Source: Candidatus Harpocratesius repetitus
Lineage (GTDB): Archaea; Asgardarchaeota; Lokiarchaeia; Sigyniarchaeales; Promethearchaeaceae
Reading direction: 5' to 3'
NCBI GenBank assembly: GCA_021498095.1
Contig: JAIZWK010000001.1
Span: 1,770,001 to 1,802,000, forward strand
DNA length: 32,000 nucleotides
Below, one piece after another: positions 26,951 to 32,000 of this stretch. A program made the translations under genes and the position numbers. Numbering within the stretch: the stretch's first letter is position 1; every line of letters begins with the position of its first letter. Below the pieces are notes generated by a model that had not been told where the DNA came from, did not search any database, and saw only the letters and a list, made by a program, of their open reading frames with translations.

Positions 26951-28585
26951 TTAATGGCGAAAAACTCGCTTTCCGCAAAATACAAGTGAAACATTCAATT
27001 CATCTGCTTTTTGAATAACCATATCATCACGAATCGAACCACCAGGATTTAATATTGCTTTTGCACCCGCTTTAACTGCTTCTTCTAGTCCATCTGGAAA
27101 TGGAAAGAAACTATCTGTACCCATCACACTTCCTTGTAGATCATGACCGAATTCACGAGCTTTATCTGCTGCTAATCGAACGACATGAACTCGAGATTGT
27201 TGACCTGCTCCAATTCCCAGTGTATAAATTCCAGTTTCATATTCTTTTGCAAATGCTGCAGAATTGGATTTAGCCCATTTTGAAACACGGTAAGCAAATA
27301 TTAATGCTTCTTTTTCTCGTTCAGAAACTGGTCGTTGGGTTTTTACACTCCATTCTTTAATTATTGGTTTCCAATCATAATCTTGAACTAGAACACCACC
27401 TAAAACGCTGCGAATTTCTGGTTGTTGGTAAATTTCATTTCTATGGGTAAGAAAATCTCCAAATGCAACAATTCGCATATTTTCCTTTGTCTTAAGTATT
27501 TTTAATGCTTCCGGCTCAAATTCTGGTGCTAAAAGTACTTCAACAAATACCTTTTTCTCCTCGATGATATAATGGGCAACTTCCGCTGTCAGTTTGTTAT
27601 TAAATCCCCAAATTCCTCCAAATGCAGACAAAGGATCGGTAGAAAAGGCATGTTTGGTAGCTTCAAGTTGTGAATTGTAATCAATAGCAACACCATTTGG
27701 AGTGGTATGCTTAAAAATGGCACATATTTGATGTTCGGCATGATCTTGTTGAAAATCGAGTAAAACTTGCATGCATGCATCAATATCTAACCAGTTATTA
27801 AAAGAAATGGCTTTTCCATGAAGTTTTTTCAAATCACTTAATCCTAGTGATTTCTCCGTATCTTCATATAAATATCCTCTTTGCTCCCAATTTTCTCCAT
27901 ATCGGCATTTTTGCACCTTTCGGTATAATTTTATTAAAAGTTCTGGAAAATCATGAGTGTCTTTATCTATTACGGCGTTTGAATTTTCTTGCATATTTTT
28001 ACCAAGATAATTTGCAATGGTTGCATCGTAAAGACTAGTTGTAGCAAAAACTTCTTGAGCCAGCTGCCAACGAATTTCTAAAGGAACTTTGCCATTGTTT
28101 TCATGCATTAATTTGATTATTTCTTCGTATCGATTTGGATTGCTAACCACAACAACATCATGAAAAGATTTAGCCGCTGCCCGAATTTGTGTTGGACCTC
28201 CAATATCGATCATCTCAAGTGCAGCGTTTAAATCAGTATCTGCTTTGGCAATTACATCTTTAAATGGATAAAGATTACAAACTACCATATCTATAGGTAA
28301 AATATTATATTTTTCAGCATCTGCCATATCTTGAGGATTATCCCTACGCATTAGTAATCCACCATGAATACGTGGATGCAATGTTTTTACCCGACCGTCA
28401 AACATTTCTGGAGATTTTGTAAAATTAGAGACTTGAATAATAGGAATGCCGGCGGATTGTAAAGTACGAGCAGTCCCTCCAGTAGATAAGATTTCAATAT
28501 GAAAATCATCAACTAACTGTCTGGCAAAATCTACAATTCCTGTTTTATCAAAGACACTGATCAAAGCGCGCTGAATTGAATTCAT
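26951..28585 (-). CDS. purH: Bifunctional AICAR transformylase / IMP cyclohydrolase
   Basis: RALISVFDK, STGGT, GRVKTLHP, IDIGGP, RYGEN, KH..P.GVA, GAGQQSRV, FFPFPDG, GKRVFRH. ATG 28585 is preferred over the upstream TTG at 28609. Confidence 0.96.
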   Translation of the reverse strand: MNSIQRALISVFDKTGIVDFARQLVDDFHIEILSTGGTARTLQSAGIPIIQVSNFTKSPEMFDGRVKTLHPRIHGGLLMRRDNPQDMADAEKYNILPIDMVVCNLYPFKDVIAKADTDLNAALEMIDIGGPTQIRAAAKSFHDVVVVSNPNRYEEIIKLMHENNGKVPLEIRWQLAQEVFATTSLYDATIANYLGKNMQENSNAVIDKDTHDFPELLIKLYRKVQKCRYGENWEQRGYLYEDTEKSLGLSDLKKLHGKAISFNNWLDIDACMQVLLDFQQDHAEHQICAIFKHTTPNGVAIDYNSQLEATKHAFSTDPLSAFGGIWGFNNKLTAEVAHYIIEEKKVFVEVLLAPEFEPEALKILKTKENMRIVAFGDFLTHRNEIYQQPEIRSVLGGVLVQDYDWKPIIKEWSVKTQRPVSEREKEALIFAYRVSKWAKSNSAAFAKEYETGIYTLGIGAGQQSRVHVVRLAADKAREFGHDLQGSVMGTDSFFPFPDGLEEAVKAGAKAILNPGGSIRDDMVIQKADELNVSLVFCGKRVFRH

Positions 28586-28634
28586 AAGATCTACAAAGAT
28601 GCCAACCAAAAATAGATTCCGAATCGCCAGAATA

Positions 28635-28649
28635 TTAATTATCTATTTA
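28635..28649 (+). repeat. 15-bp direct repeat, copy 1 (copy 2 at 28991-29005)
   Basis: TTAATTATCTATTTA is exact at both sites, each followed shortly by ttagg(g)aat. Confidence 0.6.
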
Positions 28650-28655
28650 TTTTAT

Positions 28656-28827
28656 TTAGGGAATGGAATGGGCATTTCCTCTTTTTTGTGTCCCATTTGT
28701 CCCAATTTCGTGTGATTTGCAAAATGGACACTGAATTGGAATATCTTTAAATTTAGTTTTGCATTCATCGTCTGATTAAATCATTAGATCTGAATATATC
28801 TTGGTGCGCGGCGGCTTCTTACGACCC
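28656..28827 (-). mobile_element. Degenerate insertion-sequence remnant (N-terminal zinc ribbon of an IS1/InsA-like transposase)
   Basis: ATG 28768 gives MNAKLNLKIF. After a one-base frameshift the frame reads PIQCPFCKSHEIGTNGTQKRGN, then stops at 28656. A GC-rich block at 28801-28830 (19/30) lies just upstream as a possible terminal repeat. Confidence 0.55.
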
Positions 28828-28990
28828 AACATAATAAAACAAAGAAATTAAGTAAGTTAAATTCATAGGAAATTTGCGAATATCTTGTTTTTATATAATA
28901 AATGCTTCAGATCCACGAATAGTTGTCAACTAAATAAGTTAAAACCGGGTCCAATGAATTTAAAAAAGAAATAAAAAAAAGAGCGCAAGT

Positions 28991-29005
28991 TTAATTATCT
29001 ATTTA
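28991..29005 (+). repeat. 15-bp direct repeat, copy 2
   Basis: Identical to 28635-28649. Confidence 0.6.
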
Positions 29006-29540
29006 ATTAGGAATTCATCTTTTTTGTATATTTTTTTTTCTTCCTGGTTTTTTATTATTAGTTTTGAGATGCTATTTTTCTTTCATTCGCTTAAATGAGC
29101 AAAACTTGCATAATTTTTATCTACAAGAAAAATAAGCGGGGTTAAGGACTTACTTTTCTCGAAACTGTGCTTTGGAATCCATTCTTAATCTATTTTATAA
29201 TATAATTACTATAAGAGGCTTTAGCAATTTTTTTTATCTTAATCAAATTCTATCTTTTGGACCAATATTTTCGACAATACTCCCGCGCATCCAATTACTA
29301 TTTGAGTCGGCATCTTTAAAACATTAAATGCGGTCAAGAATTTCACATTTCCATCATTTTTCTTTGAATTATTGACTTATTTATATGTATTTTTTATAAA
29401 CTATGTTTCGACAAAATTATAATTGGGATAGATTTGGGGATTGTGGATAATTTATACAAGATTTTTGGATTTCCTTCAAATTTTCGAATTCTGCTATAAC
29501 CTCATAAGACATGGCTCTTAAAAAAAAATTAAAATGCTCT

Positions 29541-29561
29541 AAAAAAAGGGGCACTATCCCC
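29541..29561 (-). terminator. Hairpin plus T-run downstream of the LRR gene
   Basis: The minus strand reads GGGG-ATAGTG-CCCC-TTTTTTT, 19 bp after the stop at 29580. Confidence 0.55.
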
Positions 29562-29579
29562 ATTAGTTACATTTTTACT

Positions 29580-30818
29580 TTATAAATAAATATGATAGCC
29601 TTTTTTTGTTTTTACTTTAGGTCTTTCTAACTGCACTATTTCCCGAAAACATTCACGCCATTTCTCCGGCATTTTTGGAATCCAAGACTCCACGTACTTC
29701 AGATACTCTACCCGCTCTCTGGTCCATTCACGTTCATCATTCCAAAAATTTTTCTTGCATTTTTCATATCGATCTTTATACTTTTCATATATTGCTTCAA
29801 TGCGCTTCTTTCGGTTTATGGGAATATCCACACAATCCCAAAAAGGAAGGGGTAAATAGGTTAAATCGGGAATTTTCGGGCAATAATCTATTTGAATGTA
29901 AATACGCGGCTTGTAGGTTAATTCAATCGGTAGCTCTTCCATATCTTTCATATCATAAATTTCAAGATCTTCTAAATTTATGCAATAAGCCCAATTGGAT
30001 GGAATTTTGAACGCTGGTTTTTCAACAGTCTTTCCATTAGCAGAAATTTTATTAGCAGAAATTTGGTTAGGGTTGTATGCAAGCAAGTTTTCAAGAATTA
30101 TTTTTCTTAAATAAAAAGAGGATGAGAAATTAATATTCCAATCAATCAGATTAATCTTGTAAAAAGTAACTTCTTCTAAATATTGATAATTAGAAGCATC
30201 AGTTGGTATTGTAAGCAGTTTAGGACACGAAGCCAAAACCAGTTTTTTCAGTTTAGAGGGCCAACCTGTGATGTGTTCCAAATCACAATGTGATATATCC
30301 AAAGAGGTACAATTCTCGAATATGGAAAAATCGACAGATTTCTGCGGAAATTTGCATTTATAAAACGATAAAGAATTTATATGATTTATTCTGGGAATTT
30401 TGGAAAAATCAATGGTTTCGTGTCTAAAACCTCTCGGAATAAAGATAAGATCAACATGCTCGCTTTGAGAAAAATCAATATCCAAGTTTTCTATATGCAG
30501 ACCGTGGACCACAAATTCTTTTAAAAATCGATACTGCGAAGGGTCTTCAGGAACCCGCTTCAAGTTAGGACACTTATATATATCAATTTTTTCAATTTTA
30601 GGCGGCCACACTACAATTTCCTCCAGATCGCACCCCCCGATAATTATTTCTCTTAAATCTATCAAATGAGAAAGATCTACCTTTTTTGGATTGAATCTGC
30701 AGCCGGTAAAATATCTTCTGAGAAATTTGCGATTATTTATTATTTTAGAACTGTCTATTTCAATATTTTCGATGAATTCACCATCAAGTTGATCATGATG
30801 CATTTTTTTATCCTTCAT
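29580..30818 (-). CDS. Leucine-rich-repeat protein with a duplicated 115-residue module
   Basis: LxxLxLxxC-type units. C40/C155, W71/W186 and C83/C198 recur at an exact 115-aa period. Confidence 0.75.
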   Translation of the reverse strand: MKDKKMHHDQLDGEFIENIEIDSSKIINNRKFLRRYFTGCRFNPKKVDLSHLIDLREIIIGGCDLEEIVVWPPKIEKIDIYKCPNLKRVPEDPSQYRFLKEFVVHGLHIENLDIDFSQSEHVDLIFIPRGFRHETIDFSKIPRINHINSLSFYKCKFPQKSVDFSIFENCTSLDISHCDLEHITGWPSKLKKLVLASCPKLLTIPTDASNYQYLEEVTFYKINLIDWNINFSSSFYLRKIILENLLAYNPNQISANKISANGKTVEKPAFKIPSNWAYCINLEDLEIYDMKDMEELPIELTYKPRIYIQIDYCPKIPDLTYLPLPFWDCVDIPINRKKRIEAIYEKYKDRYEKCKKNFWNDEREWTRERVEYLKYVESWIPKMPEKWRECFREIVQLERPKVKTKKGYHIYL

Positions 30819-30971
30819 TTCTATTTTTTAATTTTAGATTTTCTGTTTTTTACTTTTTTATTTCTTATTTTTTAATATTGATTTGTGCTCCTTATTTTAT
30901 TGCTATCTCTATTTTCTCTATTTTCTTTTTTTTTAACTAAATAAATTAAAAAAACTACAGCAAAATAAAGG

Positions 30972-31529
30972 TTATGATGCTTCTACAAACGCCCTTAATT
31001 TGCTGATGAACGCCTCAAATTCCTGCATGAAAATGCAGTATTCAGGAATATTGACCAAATCGCTTTCATCAGAAAAGCCGTAAAATGCCTTAAATTCTTC
31101 AATGTAGTAGGCACGGATGTTCTCATAATTGGCTAAATAAGTGCGGTAGACTTTCTGCCGATTTTTTTGGAATGGGGCGACAGCAGGGTCAAGATTTGGG
31201 GTTTCAATTTTTTCAAGGATTTTTTTCTTAATTTTATCAAATTGAATATGGCCATCTGCATCGAGAGTGGGAATCCACCTATTATATGAATCTGTTTCTC
31301 CAATCACTCCAAATCTTTTTAAGAGATTTCCAAGAATTTGTTGGTCATAACCGTAATAAAGTGTTTTGGAACGGCGTGCCATTCTTTCTTGCCTTAACCA
31401 TTCAGCGCCTTTGATAATCACCTCTCGGACACTTAAGCCAATATTCTGTGGGTCATTCCGCATTCTGATAAAAAGTAGGTTTAGAAATGTTCGAAAAAAT
31501 TTACAATCCAATAAATTTGCTTCACTCAA
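30972..31529 (-). CDS. Orphan hypothetical protein
   Basis: 185-codon ORF with no recognised motif. It is locally GC-richer than the host genes (31/60 in 31141-31200), and its TTG start sits directly after a stop. Confidence 0.6.
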   Translation of the reverse strand: MSEANLLDCKFFRTFLNLLFIRMRNDPQNIGLSVREVIIKGAEWLRQERMARRSKTLYYGYDQQILGNLLKRFGVIGETDSYNRWIPTLDADGHIQFDKIKKKILEKIETPNLDPAVAPFQKNRQKVYRTYLANYENIRAYYIEEFKAFYGFSDESDLVNIPEYCIFMQEFEAFISKLRAFVEAS

Positions 31530-31545
31530 CTAAAGAAATTATTAA

Positions 31546-31779
31546 GAATCAATCATCAACAAAAGCAATTACATCTCAACTAACATTTCCAGCAATTTAT
31601 TTTTAGATATTTCCGAGCAAATAGACTTAATTGAGTTTACAAAATATGCCATTTTGGATTTTACCAATCAAGAATTGGAAACAATAAGTGAAAAAGAAGT
31701 GCAAAAATTAGAAGGTATTGCAAAAAAAATATTGAAAAAATATTCACAAGTTCTGGATATTGAATTAAAATCAAATTAA
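31546..31779 (+). pseudogene. Start-less open frame of 77 codons, probable 3' gene remnant
   Basis: ESIINKSNYISTNISSNLFLDISEQIDLIEFTKYAILDFTNQELETISEKEVQKLEGIAKKILKKYSQVLDIELKSN*, with protein-like amphipathic composition. Confidence 0.35.
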
Positions 31780-31806
31780 AATTATTCTGATGAAAAAAAA
31801 GAGAAA

Positions 31807-32000
31807 TCAATTAATTAAATCGTGGGGTTGAGCCTCTGTTGCTCCTGAAGATGTAATACGCGCAATACGGATTTTTGATGCTTCTTTAATTGATTTCACC
31901 CCTCCATAAATTAACCCGTTACGAATTCCATCTTCTAACTGATCAAGAACTCCTTTTAATGGTCCTAAAAAGCTAACAAAACCAGAAACTCCTTCTGCCA
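31807..32000 (-). CDS. guaB: IMP dehydrogenase / GMP reductase family, C-terminal end (partial)
   Basis: Manual translation AEGVSGFVSFLGPLKGVLDQLEDGIRNGLIYGGVKSIKEASKIRIARITSSGATEAQPHDLIN* matches the IMPDH C-terminus (EGV...GP...L..G.R.G..Y.G...IT..G..E..PHD). Confidence 0.85.
   Translation of the reverse strand, partial: AEGVSGFVSFLGPLKGVLDQLEDGIRNGLIYGGVKSIKEASKIRIARITSSGATEAQPHDLIN

Noticed and set aside
28803-28862. Group II intron 5' end (GTGCG) or integron attC (ACCCAAC...GTTAAAT)
   Set aside because: No intron domains or RT gene follow. The attC-like boxes are too close together and not complementary.
29080-29375. Short open frames (VKFLTAFNV..., LIFLVDKNYASF) as further transposase debris
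   Set aside because: The resemblance to DDE motifs is too weak, and several frames are equally open.
1-32000. rRNA or tRNA genes
   Set aside because: The only GC-rich non-coding patches (3701-3766, 28801-28830) do not show a cloverleaf or T-loop consensus.

Overview
AT-rich (roughly 30% G+C by eye), gene-dense prokaryotic chromosome segment. I infer an Asgard archaeon (Lokiarchaeia/Promethearchaeales-like). The basis is GGTGA Shine-Dalgarno motifs, an archaeal-type endonuclease IV, many winged-helix and zinc-ribbon membrane proteins, an LRR protein, and bacterial-type folate-dependent purine genes. This is not confirmed by a search. From left to right: (1) 1-7.9 kb holds an ABC ATPase (partial), a multi-wHTH protein, zinc-ribbon membrane proteins, endonuclease IV, 5-formyl-THF cyclo-ligase and a small wHTH protein. 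It also has a rearranged intergenic region (3.7-4.06 kb) containing a GC-rich hairpin and an internally deleted copy of the endonuclease IV upstream/5' region. (2) 8.1-12.4 kb is a four-gene amino-sugar operon: RifK-like PLP aminotransferase, glutaminase-less GlmS-type SIS protein, PIG-L deacetylase and Gfo/Idh/MocA dehydrogenase. (3) 12.5-26.8 kb is a lipid/glycoconjugate-processing neighbourhood: acyl-CoA synthetase, a second PIG-L, a truncated metallophosphoesterase, a spinster-like MFS plus neutral ceramidase, two PAP2 phosphatases, a cupin, and a membrane/surface hydrolase-like operon. (4) 27-32 kb has purH and guaB, separated by a 3.2-kb accessory patch containing an IS remnant, an LRR protein, an orphan gene and a gene fragment. 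No rRNA, tRNA or CRISPR array was seen. The best candidate for an undescribed system is the amino-sugar operon plus the adjacent de-N-acylation/dephosphorylation/transport genes, possibly a pathway that scavenges amino-sugar glycolipids. That functional link is inference only.
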